Positions 1-10,483 of a stretch of 64,000 bases of DNA are shown piece after piece. The notes under the pieces were generated by a model that was not told where the DNA came from, did no database searches, and was given only the letters and a program-made list of their open reading frames with translations. The translations under genes were made by a program, and so were the position numbers. The stretch comes from an uncultured Parachlamydiaceae bacterium (GTDB lineage: Bacteria > Chlamydiota > Chlamydiia > Chlamydiales > Parachlamydiaceae): assembly GCA_963752155.1 (NCBI GenBank), contig CAVVXH010000005.1:1-64000 (forward strand), given 5' to 3'. Position 1 is the first letter of the stretch, and every line of letters begins with the position of its first letter.

Positions 1-691
1 CACGCTGGCGATCACCGTTCTTGTGGTCGCGGGCCTGATGGTGCTGAGCGAAATCGGCGTCAACATCGCCCCGCTGCTGGCCGGCGCCGGCATCGTCGGC
101 GTGGCGATCGGCTTTGGCTCGCAGAAACTGGTGCAGGACGTCATCACCGGCGTGTTCCTGCTGCTGGAGAATACCATGCAGGTCGGCGACATCGTGAAGG
201 TCGGCGACCAATCCGGTTTGGTGGAAAGCCTGTCGGTGCGAACGATCCGGCTGCGCACCGAGGACGGCTCGGTCGTGGTCATCCCGTTCAGTGCGGTGAC
301 CACGGTGACCAACATGACGCGGGATTACAGCCGGGCAGTGATCGCGGTGAACGTCGCGGCGGACGAGGATGTCGACCGGGTCATCGAATTGATGCGCGCG
401 ATCGTGCGGCAGATGCGCGAGGAAGAAGCCTGGAGCAGGATCATCCTCGACGAGTTGGAAGTGTTCGGGCTCGACCGCATCACCGACACGGCATTGCAGA
501 TCCGCTGCCGGATCATGTGCACGCCGTTCGGCCGCTGGACGGTCGGCCGCGAGTTCAATCGCCGGCTTAAGATGCGGTTCTCGATGGTCGGGATCGCGAC
601 GCCGTTCTCCGCGCTGCGGTTGTTGCCGCCGGAGCCTGAGCCGGAAAGAACCGTGGCGGAGCCGGCTGAGGAGGCCATCGCCGGGCAATGA
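1..691 (+). CDS. Small-conductance mechanosensitive channel (MscS family), 5'-partial
   Basis: Motifs LLAGAGIVGVAIGFGSQKLVQDVITGVFLLLE, VGDIV, GLVESLSVRTIRLR; the frame appears to run off the window start. Confidence 0.92.
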   Translation, partial: TLAITVLVVAGLMVLSEIGVNIAPLLAGAGIVGVAIGFGSQKLVQDVITGVFLLLENTMQVGDIVKVGDQSGLVESLSVRTIRLRTEDGSVVVIPFSAVTTVTNMTRDYSRAVIAVNVAADEDVDRVIELMRAIVRQMREEEAWSRIILDELEVFGLDRITDTALQIRCRIMCTPFGRWTVGREFNRRLKMRFSMVGIATPFSALRLLPPEPEPERTVAEPAEEAIAGQ

Positions 692-896
692 CGGCGTGCG
701 GCGATTGGATCGAGGACAGGGCGGCGGGGCCTGGTGCGTTTATTTCTGCCTCGCCAACCGGATCGTTGTGCGATACTCATGCATTGACCGGCCTGACCTG
801 CGTGCGATTGAACACTGGTCAAGGCAGCATGGTTGTTGATGTCTTATACCAACCGGCGGAAACATTGACTCTACCCGTCATGACCGGCCGCCGAGC

Positions 897-2398
897 CTAC
901 CAGATGCACACATTTCGGCTTGCCGCAAATCCCTTTGGTTTGACTCGATGGCGGCCTGATCCATCGGGAGTTCCACTCATGCCCCCTTCTCTTGGTCGGT
1001 TTGGTGACGCGCGTCGTCATGCCGCGGGTGCCGCGCTGCTCGCGCGGCTGGTGGAAGTGGGTCAATCCGGCGTTAGCGTCCGAGCCCTGGGCGGCAATCG
1101 ACCTGGCGAGGTCCGGTTCGGACGGTTCCTTCGCTGCGAAGCGGTCACGCCGGCAGAGATGATCGCCACCGCCGGTGCCCATACCCGGAGCCTGGTGGCG
1201 GGACGGCACATCCTGGCCATCCAGGACACCACCAGCTTGCGGGACGACGGGAACAAACACAGTGTCAATCTGCATCCCACGATCGCCGTGGATGCCGGGG
1301 ACGGCGCACTGCTGGGACTCGTGCACGCTGAATTGCTGATCCGGGACGGCTCCGCCGCTCAGGTTCATTCCAACAAGCGCTCGTTCGAGGACAAGGAAAG
1401 CCGCCGTTGGCTGGACGCCGCGCGCCAGAGCGAGGCGCTGCGCGTGGCCGGCGCGCGCGCGGTGACCGTCGTGGGTGACCGTGAGGGCGACATTTATGAG
1501 GATTTCGCACTGCGTCCGCCCGGGGTGGAGGTGCTGTTCCGTGCCAGTCACGACCGGGTGCTGGACGATGGGGCGCGCCTGTTCAGCAAGCCCGTCACCT
1601 GGCGTGAGCTGGGCCGGGAGACAATCTCGCTGCCGGCCGGTCCGGGCCGGCGGGCGCGCCAGGTGACACTGGCGTTGCGCGCCGGCGCGGTTGTCTTGAA
1701 ACGGCCGAAGCGCAACCGCGCGGCCGAGGCGGCGAAGCTGCCCACCTCGGTGACGGTGACGCTGATCGAGGCGCGCGAGATCGATCCGCCTGAAGCGGTC
1801 GATCCGGTGCTTTGGCGGCTGCTGACAAGCCACGCCGCCACACGCCTCGCCGAGGCGCGGCGGATTACCGGCTACTACCGCCAACGCTGGACCATCGAAC
1901 AATTGTTCCGGACGATGAAGACCAGGGGGTTCGACATCGAGGCGGTGCGCGTGGCCGAGGGTGGTCCGTTTGAGAACCTCGCCACCGCCACGCTGATCGC
2001 CGCCATCGAGGTGCTGCGGATGGTCCGTGACCGCGATGGCGAAGCCGGACGGCCGATGACCGACGTCTTCGGCGCAGGCGAGTTGCCGGCCATCAAAGCG
2101 GTCAGTATGAGCCTGGAAGGGAAGACGACCCGCCAGCGGAACCCGCACGCGCCAGGCAGCCTCGCGCACGTGGCATGGGTCTGTGCGCGTCTCGGCGGCT
2201 GGACCTGTTATTACGGTAAACCCGGGCCAGTGGTCATGCTCAACGGTATGTTGCGATTGCAGGCCATGCTGGAGGGATGGCGGCTCGCCAGCCACACCCC
2301 GGCACGCGACGCTCTCGCACCGGATCCGTCCAATAACGAATCAAACCCGCAAAACTTCCTGCTACACACAACATGATTGAGTTGTGTGAATCTTGTAG
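897..2398 (+). mobile_element. IS4-family insertion sequence (~1.5 kb)
   Basis: Terminal inverted repeats CTACCAGATGCACACA (897-912) and TGTGTGAATCTTGTAG (2383-2398) enclose a DDE transposase. Confidence 0.88.
979..2376 (+). CDS. IS4-family DDE transposase
   Basis: LGRFGDARR N-terminus, IQDTT, VGDREGDIYE, YRQRWTIEQLFRTMK (YREK motif), ARLGGW. ATG 979 chosen because the ORF-track start (688) lies outside the element. Confidence 0.93.
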   Translation: MPPSLGRFGDARRHAAGAALLARLVEVGQSGVSVRALGGNRPGEVRFGRFLRCEAVTPAEMIATAGAHTRSLVAGRHILAIQDTTSLRDDGNKHSVNLHPTIAVDAGDGALLGLVHAELLIRDGSAAQVHSNKRSFEDKESRRWLDAARQSEALRVAGARAVTVVGDREGDIYEDFALRPPGVEVLFRASHDRVLDDGARLFSKPVTWRELGRETISLPAGPGRRARQVTLALRAGAVVLKRPKRNRAAEAAKLPTSVTVTLIEAREIDPPEAVDPVLWRLLTSHAATRLAEARRITGYYRQRWTIEQLFRTMKTRGFDIEAVRVAEGGPFENLATATLIAAIEVLRMVRDRDGEAGRPMTDVFGAGELPAIKAVSMSLEGKTTRQRNPHAPGSLAHVAWVCARLGGWTCYYGKPGPVVMLNGMLRLQAMLEGWRLASHTPARDALAPDPSNNESNPQNFLLHTT

Positions 2399-3137
2399 GG
2401 CTCGGCGGCCGGTCATGACGGGTACGTCAATGTTTCCGCCGGTTGGTATCACACCTCAAACCCCTGCACCTGACGCCGAGGCTCACCGCAAAGAATATAA
2501 ACGCGACGGGCCGAAGTTGCACGGCGACGCAAAATTATCCTGTCGAATTGCATATTGGCGCGAAACGGGCCGGTCCCGCGTGGACGGTTGGACATCAGAC
2601 GGTCCGATTGGTGTCACTCGCGAGGGGCGCGATGTGTGTCGCAACGATACCGCGTCACCGTCATCCGGCGTACCGCACAGCAACGGACAGGAATAACCGC
2701 CGCACCACCGACAAAGATGGCCAACGCGGCAGCACCAGCGCCGCGACCGCCATTGCCACCGTCGGAATTCTTTACAATCTGCGAAAGCTATTGTTAACCT
2801 GTTTTATTATGCTTTTGATTTGAAGACCTTTTTTATCCTGGCACGCGATGTGCATTCACACTGCAAGACGGCCTCACAGCCCGCGACACGCAGTCCGTCA
2901 ACGGCCGGCATGGGGATGTTGCGCCGAAGCATGAGGGGAGAGTGCCTTGAGACAATTCGACGAAGTGCGCTTGCCCAGACTGCTGGCGACATGTGTGATG
3001 GGCCTGCTGATCATGGCCGCCTGCATGTTTCATTACCTGCCCAGGCAAGTTGCGATGATCGCAGTCTCCTGGGCGATGCTGTCAATCTCTGTGGGCATCT
3101 CGTTCGGCCACGTGCGTACTAAGTGAGCGCTAAACGG

Positions 3138-5100
3138 TCACACCTCATCGACCCGTTCCACACCCGGCAGGATGGTCAGCGCCTGCGCCAGCCGCGGCGT
3201 CACGCTGTAGCCGCCCGGCAACGCGATCTCGACGCTCCTGTCGTCATCGATGCGCGGCACCAGGATCACCCGTCCTCTGCCGGCACCCTGACGCGCGAGC
3301 AGATCGCGGATGTGCGGCACCGCTTCGGTCTCGCCGCAGCCAGATGCGGATCGACGCACCGGCCGAGGCGGCGGCCTGATCCAGCGACATCACGTCCTGC
3401 GCCGTCACCCGGATCGCCTCGCCCTCGACCTTCAGATCCGCCGGTAACCAGCACGTTCGAGCCATGCGCCAGGGTCTCCCGCGACCGGCTCAGCACTTCG
3501 CTGAAACAGGTGACCTCGACCGAACCGGAGGCGTCGGATATCGCGCACCCAGGCCATGCGGCTGCCGGTGCGGGTGATCCGTTCCTTGGTCGCGATGACC
3601 GTGCCGGCCAGCTTCGACCCGGCGTGACGCCTGCGCGTGCGCGGGCCTCGACTTCGTTCGCCCGCACCGCACCCAACCGCCGCAGTGCCTGGGCGTAGGC
3701 GTCGAGCGGGTGCGCGGTCAGGTGGAAGCCGATCGCCTCGGCCTCGAACGACAGCCGCTCCAACAGGCCGCCAGTCCGGCGTATCCGGCATGCGCAGCGG
3801 CTCCGGCTTGCTCGAGACGCCGCCGAACAGGCCGATCTGCCCGCTTGCTTTTTCCTCCGCTTGGCCTGAGCGCGGCGCATGATCGTTTCGGCGCCGGCAA
3901 ACAGGCGCGCGCGGTTGGCCTCCAGCCGGTCGAACGCGCCGGCCCGCACGAGGTTTTCCAGCTGCGGCGCGGCTGAGTTGGCGTGGATCGATCGCGGTCG
4001 GCGAAATCGGCGAGATCGGCGAACGGCGTGTCGCCACGCGCCTCGACCACCGCCTGCATGGCCGCGAAGCCAACCCTCTTCACCGCCGGCGAGCGCGTAA
4101 CGAATTGCCAGCCGTCCGTCGTCCAGCCGCTCGACCGAAAAATCCGCCGCCGAACGGTTGATATCCGGCGGCAGAATGGCGATGCCGCCTGACTCCGCCT
4201 CCTGCTTCAACGCCGCGAGCCGGTCGGTGTTGTTGATCGCGAGACTCATGCAGGCGGCGATGAACACTTCCGGGTGGTTGGCCTTCAGCCAGGCGGTCTG
4301 ATAGGCGAGCAATCCGTACGGCGCCGCGTGGCACTTGTTGAAGCCGTAGCCGGCGAACTTCGCCATCAGATCGAAGACTTCGGTGGCCTTCGTCGGGGTC
4401 GATGCCGCGCGCGATGGCGCCCTTGGTGAAGATGTCCCGCTGCGCCTCCATCTCGGCGGGGATCTTCTTGCCCATCGCGCGCCGCAGCAGGTCCGCGCCG
4501 CCCAGGGAGTAGCCGGCCATCGTCTGGGCGATCTGCATCACCTGTTCCTGGTAGACGATAATGCCGTAGGTCTCGGCCAGGATGTCGTGAATTTCCGGAT
4601 GCGGCGCCTCCCATACGCCGGCGTGCTTGCGGCGGCAATATTCGGGGATGCTGTCCATCGGCCCGGGACGGTATAGCGCGACGGCGGCGACCAGATCCTC
4701 GAACCGGTCGGGCCGCATCTGGCGCAGCATGTCGCGCACGCCCTGGCCTTCCATCTGGAACACCCCGCCGGCCTCGCCGCGTCGCCAGCATCTCATAGGT
4801 TTTCTTGTCGTCGAGCGGCAGATGTTTCAGATCGACCGGCGTGCCGAGTCTTCGTCAGGAAGCCCTCGGCCCGGTCCAGGATCGTCAGCGTGGTCAGTCC
4901 GAGGAAGTCGAATTTAACCAGGCCCGCCAGTTCGACATGCTTCATCGAATACTGCGTGACCAGGAAATCGGATTTTGGATCCTTGTACAGCGGCACCAGT
5001 TCCACCAGCGGCCGGTCGCCGATCACCACGCCGGCGGCGTGGGTCGAGCGCATGACGATACAGGCCTTCGATCTGCAACGCGATTTCCAGCAGCCGGGCA
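3138..5100 (-). CDS. dnaE: DNA polymerase III alpha subunit, C-terminal part; many frameshifts, truncated at the junction
   Basis: [57 protein letters not shown] and OB-fold motifs are spread across several frames. Confidence 0.93.
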
Positions 5101-5588
5101 ATTAACATCACTCCATAGTACCCATCACGCAGTTGTGAATTAAAAAATATTCCTTTTATAAGCTGAATTGTTTCAATAATGTGAGTGTAGAAATTATACC
5201 TTTCGGTCATGTATAAATTTTTAGTCGATTCTTGCTGAAACCACAAATAAAGCTTATTGATCATTTGCCACATGTTTTCACTAATCGTCTCACGGATGAG
5301 CAAGGCATTGCCTCTAGCAGCTCCAAACAAAGTTAGCAAACTATCGGGATTCAACTCTTGCCAAACACGAAAATAAGGAATCAATTCCTCATCTTTATCC
5401 TGCCCATTATAGAGCTTCGAGAAAAGAAATTGTTCTGAAGGCTGTAAGATTTGGAAAAATTCATCAAAGGAATGATCGAAGCTATCAAGGCTATAAAGAT
5501 GCGTATAAAGATAGCGACGTGCAAACAATTCTTCTCTTTCGAGATATCTGAACATCCAAAAACTTTGTTCTGCTATGCGAGAAATCAT
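5101..5588 (-). CDS. Alpha-E domain protein (DUF403), 3'-truncated at the junction
   Basis: [19 protein letters not shown]-terminus and [17 protein letters not shown]; directly downstream of a circularly permuted ATP-grasp gene. Confidence 0.85.
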
Positions 5589-7090
5589 ATATCACCTAAT
5601 ACCCATGTATCTTTTGAGCCTCCACCTTGGCTAGAATTCACAATATATGAATCTTTTACCAAAGCAACGCGTGTTAATCCTCCAGGAAGTGTCCATGTCG
5701 ATCGTCCTGTCAAGATGAACGGACGAAGATCTATACGGCGTGGACATATCATTCCATCACTTAAAGTAGGGCTAGTCGAAAGTTGCTTAAGGGGCTGTGC
5801 GATATAGTCTCGTGGATTGGCCAGAATCCGTTGTCGCATCTCTTGAAGCTGTTGTTTTGTAGCTTGTTCTCCAATCAGAATACCATATCCGCCGGACTGA
5901 TTGACTATTTTGATGACGCATGAAGGTAGATGATTCAAAACATATTCACAGGCCTTAGGATCTGTGCAAGAATAGGTTTCAACTTGAGGAAGTATTGGTT
6001 CTTCTCCTAAATAGTAGCGAATCATATCCGGAACATAAGGATAAACAGCTTTGTCATCAGCCACACCATTTCCTAGTGCATTTGCTAAGATGACATTTCC
6101 TTTGCGGTAAGCATTGACTATTCCAGGCACCCCTAAAAGGCTTTTCGGATTAAAAAATGCAGGATCGATAAATTCATCATCGGTACGACGATAAATCACA
6201 TCGACCCGTTTTAATCCTTTGAGGGTTTTTAAATAAACGATTTCATTTTCGACGATTAAATCACTGTTTTGAACCAGTGGACAGCCCATACGATTGGAAA
6301 GATAGACATGTTCAAAATAAGCAGAATTAAAGGGCCCCGGTGTCAAGAGCACCAAAAGAGGATCATTATTGCTAGAAGAGACATTGGCTAAAAGGGTATT
6401 TCTTAATCGTAAGGGGTAATCATCGATTCCTAGAACAGGTACGTCAGAAAGAATACCCGGAAATAATTGTTTGGTCATACGCCGATTTTCAAGGACGTAA
6501 GAAACCCCCGACGGAACCTTTAAATTATCTTCAAGAACTGTTAAAGAGTCGTGTTCTCGGATGAGATCTATTCCGGCAATATTGAGATAAATTCCTCCAG
6601 GAGGAGTAATTCCTCGTAATTGTGGAAGATATCCTGTCGAAGAGAGGATGATTTCTTTTGGAAGAGCTCCATCTTTTAAGGCTTGTTGTTTGCTGTAAAT
6701 GTCTAATAAAAAAGCATTTAGAGCTTGAATGCGCTGCTCCAATCCACGTTCGACTTTTTGCCATTCTTTGTGGTCAATAACGCGGGGAATGATGTCGAAA
6801 GGGAAAATTTTTTCTTGCCCATCTTGATTGGAATAGACGTTGAAGGTAATTCCTCTTTGACGAAAGAGTGCATGGGCTAATTCGTGAAAATTTTTGAAAT
6901 GTCCAAATGGCTGTTGATCGAAATAATGAATAATTTTTTGAAGTTGAGGATTTGCTAGTTTTTCTGCGCGGAAAAACTCATCATAGGCTTTAGACAAAAC
7001 TTGATAATCTTTAAATAAACCCGAATATTTAGGGACTTTCTGGGTTATTTCAGATCTCTGGATGGCTGAATCTATTAAAGCATTATTCAT
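5585..7090 (-). CDS. Circularly permuted type 2 ATP-grasp protein (DUF404/DUF407)
   Basis: FPFDIIPR, VLEDNLKVPSGVSYVLENR, LTPGPFNSAYFEH, NALGNGVADDK, GGLTRVAL, VNSSQGGGSKDTWV. Confidence 0.93.
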   Translation of the reverse strand: MNNALIDSAIQRSEITQKVPKYSGLFKDYQVLSKAYDEFFRAEKLANPQLQKIIHYFDQQPFGHFKNFHELAHALFRQRGITFNVYSNQDGQEKIFPFDIIPRVIDHKEWQKVERGLEQRIQALNAFLLDIYSKQQALKDGALPKEIILSSTGYLPQLRGITPPGGIYLNIAGIDLIREHDSLTVLEDNLKVPSGVSYVLENRRMTKQLFPGILSDVPVLGIDDYPLRLRNTLLANVSSSNNDPLLVLLTPGPFNSAYFEHVYLSNRMGCPLVQNSDLIVENEIVYLKTLKGLKRVDVIYRRTDDEFIDPAFFNPKSLLGVPGIVNAYRKGNVILANALGNGVADDKAVYPYVPDMIRYYLGEEPILPQVETYSCTDPKACEYVLNHLPSCVIKIVNQSGGYGILIGEQATKQQLQEMRQRILANPRDYIAQPLKQLSTSPTLSDGMICPRRIDLRPFILTGRSTWTLPGGLTRVALVKDSYIVNSSQGGGSKDTWVLGDI

Positions 7091-7287
7091 TTTTATCCTA
7101 ACTTTCAGGTTAAAAAAATAAGGTATTTACCTATTCCCGACATTAGTCATCGGTCCATCTGATGTCAAGTTTATTTTTAAAAGATTTACACAGAATTCTC
7201 TTGATTACTGGAGAAGTTCTCCATAGCAAGCGTAGCGTAGCTACGGAGGACAAAAAGAACCTCTTCAGAAATAAGTTGGACAGCTAT

Positions 7288-10107
7288 TTAAGACCTAGTG
7301 GATTGACTTAACTGATCTCGTAAATAGGGGTTAAAAATTGGACTTTGAAAAATCCCAAAAAAAGGTGATCTCAGCAACTTCATTTCATCTTGCTTCAAAT
7401 TCCCAGCAAAAACTCCAGCAATGTGACCTTGTTCCTTATCTCCAAGCATATTATTTACGTTTTTCCAAGCATGGTATCCGGGTAATTTGTTCTGATCACC
7501 AGCATTAAGTGAAGCGCTCACTTTTCCTGCAGCTCCCGCAGCTAATTCACAATTAGCCAACTCATTATTTGTTTGAATAGCGTCTTTACAATGAGTTAAA
7601 TTTACAGTTTCAAACTCCTGACCCGCAAAAACAACAGTAGGTTTATAATCTGGATGTTTTAACAATCGCGCAGTCACAGCATCAACAATATTTTGAGCAT
7701 ACTGTTCTTTCATTCCAGGTTCTTTTAATTGGGCACTAAAAACGCCCAAACCTATAGCACCAACATTGATTACTTCTACACCATTTTTAACACATTCATC
7801 AATGTAATCATTAAGTATGGGTTCCAAAAATTCAGTTTTGATTTTATTTACATCTACCTGGTCATTGGTTGACATTGCACTCAAAATAGCTGCATCTTGT
7901 AAATCTGGGGCACTTGCATTGCAGACAAAATGACCTGCTTCTCCTGGGATTCTTGGAATTATATTTCCTTGCACATCGAAACTTGCACGAGGGCATCTAG
8001 AAAATGTCATCACTTTGGCCATAGCTAATTTATTTTTCTCAGTTAACCCGGTTGACAAACCCGGATCACTAAAGGTTCCATTTCGTTGGCCAGCTGTCCA
8101 TGCTCGCGCTGACTCAGCCATTTCTTTAATTTCCTTTCCTGTATATGTAACAGAAGTCTTTCCATCTGTTGCAACGACGACATGTTCATCATCTTTTAAT
8201 TCGTTGAGATCTTTTATATGGGGAAGTTTAAATGATGCGTTACCAGCGACAATAAATTTTTCAACATCATCTTTTTTAGCTCCTAAATTCTGTAACAAAC
8301 CAACAAAACAATTTCCCAGATTTTGTATTTGTGGATGATCAGATGTGCCTATAAACTCTTTTAGAGGCTTTAACTTTTCTGATTGCAAATGGCTTAAGAA
8401 AGCTGGATCTGGATTTCCTTGTTGTCTTATGCTCGCTGGCTTTGTCGGTAGATCTTCATTAAGAGGCAGCATCACATAGTTTGAACTTCTTAGAGCTTCT
8501 GCTTTGGCCAATTCTGTCTCGAGGGCTTGTTTTTGAATTGGATCCCCTTTTTGTTTTTTTTGAGCTTGAAGGTCTTTAATTGTTTTATCAAGTCCAGTAA
8601 AAAATTTTGATCTATTCAATTCTTGTTTAGCCACTCCAATAGCTGACTTTAATTCATTATATTCTTTTCTATTCCTATCAAATATATCAAATTCAGCATT
8701 TCCTTCAGGAGTTTTTTTTATATTAATTTTTTCAAGACTAAACGGGCCTACATCAATCAGCTTTATAATCTTTCCATCCATTTTAATTTCAGCATTTTGA
8801 ATATCATGATTAAGTTTATTTAATCTATTTTCCATCTTCAATAATTTACTTTCTCGACCAATTCCCAATTTTGCTTTTATGTCACTTCGAATTTCTGATA
8901 GACCTTTTGATATTTTAAGTTTAGCGCTAGAGAAGAAATCTGTTTTTTTATCGGATGAACTCACTGGCTGACTTGAACTCTCTGAAGCTCTAGAAGAAGC
9001 GGAAAGATTTTGCTTTTCCTTCTCAGATGCTGCCTCTAGATTATTTAAAGGTACTGTCAAACTACTATTTTCCTCAATAAATTTATTAGCTATATTTTCA
9101 GTTTCTCTAAGAAGTTCCTCAATATCTCCCCAACCAATTTCATTTTGAACGTCAATAGATTTGTTAAAATCTTCAAAGTGATTGTCAATATTACGTATTA
9201 GTTCGTGAACATTAATTTCTACATCATCTTTCGAAGAAAGAGAATCTACAACTAATTCTTTAACTTTAACGCCTATTTCTTTGACTTCTTCTTGATCATC
9301 AATTATTAATGACTCAATAAGCTCACTTTGCCTACTTTCTTTTGCTTTTATCGAAATATCTATTTTTTTAAGATCCTCTGTTATTTCAATTACCCTACGG
9401 TCATAATAATTTTTAAGTTCTGGAAATTCTCTTGCGTTGACACGAAGCAACTCTGCACTAAGTGTCTCTTTTTTTCCATTAAGCTCTTTCAATGAATTCT
9501 CTATCTCAGTTAACTCTGGCATAATACGTGCTAATTTATTTTCTGACTTCGGAACTGCTTCTTCCGAAAGAGGAGATTTAGAAGGAATATGGGTAGGATT
9601 TTCTGGTACACTTACACTTTTTTGAGAAACAGGTTCTTTCATTTCCTTCGGTATGTTTAACTTATTAATCAAACTCCTACGCTCTTCAATCAAATCATTT
9701 CTTTCAGCTAAGACTTTTTTATATTGTTTCTCTGAAATTCGACCTTGAGTGGTAACAGTCGACTTATTTTCATAGTTTTCTTTTAATTTTTTTAATTCAC
9801 TCAACTTTGCATCTATTTTCTCTAATTTTTCTTTTTCTTTAGGGGATAATTTCGATTCATTTATAATTTGACCCGTATCTCTTCGAACAGCTTTTGCAAC
9901 GGTCTTTAAAGTGGATAATCTTGAAGAAGGACTTCCTTCTTTCATTTTATGTGAGTTTGTCGTATTCTTTTTCCTAGGACCCATACTAACGTCCAAAGAA
10001 GCATCTGCTTTAGAGATAATAGATTTGTTATATTCTTTATTACTTTTTACATCTAGATCTAAGTTACGTTGCTCTAAGTTTGATTTTGAATTTAATGGCG
10101 TATTCAT
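7288..10107 (-). CDS. Large effector-like protein: low-complexity/coiled-coil N-terminus and a putative permuted macrodomain C-terminus
   Basis: 939-aa ORF with upstream GGAGGT; K/E-rich coiled coils; C-terminal VINVGAIGLGVF ... SLNAGDQNKLPG ... QDEM. Confidence 0.7.
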   Translation of the reverse strand: MNTPLNSKSNLEQRNLDLDVKSNKEYNKSIISKADASLDVSMGPRKKNTTNSHKMKEGSPSSRLSTLKTVAKAVRRDTGQIINESKLSPKEKEKLEKIDAKLSELKKLKENYENKSTVTTQGRISEKQYKKVLAERNDLIEERRSLINKLNIPKEMKEPVSQKSVSVPENPTHIPSKSPLSEEAVPKSENKLARIMPELTEIENSLKELNGKKETLSAELLRVNAREFPELKNYYDRRVIEITEDLKKIDISIKAKESRQSELIESLIIDDQEEVKEIGVKVKELVVDSLSSKDDVEINVHELIRNIDNHFEDFNKSIDVQNEIGWGDIEELLRETENIANKFIEENSSLTVPLNNLEAASEKEKQNLSASSRASESSSQPVSSSDKKTDFFSSAKLKISKGLSEIRSDIKAKLGIGRESKLLKMENRLNKLNHDIQNAEIKMDGKIIKLIDVGPFSLEKINIKKTPEGNAEFDIFDRNRKEYNELKSAIGVAKQELNRSKFFTGLDKTIKDLQAQKKQKGDPIQKQALETELAKAEALRSSNYVMLPLNEDLPTKPASIRQQGNPDPAFLSHLQSEKLKPLKEFIGTSDHPQIQNLGNCFVGLLQNLGAKKDDVEKFIVAGNASFKLPHIKDLNELKDDEHVVVATDGKTSVTYTGKEIKEMAESARAWTAGQRNGTFSDPGLSTGLTEKNKLAMAKVMTFSRCPRASFDVQGNIIPRIPGEAGHFVCNASAPDLQDAAILSAMSTNDQVDVNKIKTEFLEPILNDYIDECVKNGVEVINVGAIGLGVFSAQLKEPGMKEQYAQNIVDAVTARLLKHPDYKPTVVFAGQEFETVNLTHCKDAIQTNNELANCELAAGAAGKVSASLNAGDQNKLPGYHAWKNVNNMLGDKEQGHIAGVFAGNLKQDEMKLLRSPFFGIFQSPIFNPYLRDQLSQSTRS

Positions 10108-10330
10108 ATCACCTCCAATTATTACAATCTAATTTTAAACTTAAATCTAATTTAATAAAAACACTCCTATATTTTTATATTATTACAATAAAGTAATTTT
10201 TGCAATTATTAATTCAGTTTTGTCAGCGCAAAACGAAAATAATCCCTTTTCAAAATAAAAATGATCCATTAGTAGTATACATAATTTCACTGATTGAATT
10301 GACTTTTTTGGTAGGAGAGAAGATGCTGGG

Positions 10331-10480
10331 ATATTAAGATACAAAGTATAGGAAAAAATTAAACGCAAAGACACGAAGGCGCAAAGAGCACAAAGAGATC
10401 TTACGTGAAGAATTTTCATTTAAAAAAACAGGTAAATTTTATTTTACATGTAAGATCTCTCTGTGCTCTTTGCGCCTTCG
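10331..10480. repeat. Short palindromic repeat module (CGAAGGCGCAAAGAGCACAAAGAGATCTTAC and its inverse)
   Basis: Inverted arms at ~10374-10404 and ~10450-10480; related copy at ~55151-55232 and fragment at ~21025-21050. Confidence 0.7.
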
Positions 10481-10483
10481 TTT

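Larger units (their letters stand above)
846..2449. repeat. ~50-bp palindromic arms (846-896 and 2399-2449) flanking the IS; REP-like target hairpin
   Basis: ATACCAACCGGCGGAAACATTGACTCTACCCGTCATGACCGGCCGCCGAGC is the near-exact reverse complement of GGCTCGGCGGCCGGTCATGACGGGTACGTCAATGTTTCCGCCGGTTGGTAT. Confidence 0.85.

Noticed and set aside
688..978. N-terminal extension of the transposase ORF
   Set aside because: Extends outside the IS end; chance open frame in GC-rich DNA
2373..3122. Several short ORFs between the IS and dnaE
   Set aside because: No recognisable motifs; overlapping frames are typical of GC-rich DNA
3138..5100. dnaE as a true pseudogene or programmed-frameshift gene
   Set aside because: Many scattered indels with well-preserved motifs in an essential gene next to a suspected chimeric join fit low-quality consensus better
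1..5100. GC-rich segment as a horizontally acquired island
   Set aside because: Contains housekeeping genes, ends mid-gene and has no att site or integrase at the border
4914..5588. Novel alpha-E/DnaE fusion protein
   Set aside because: The ORF crosses the composition break; product of the join
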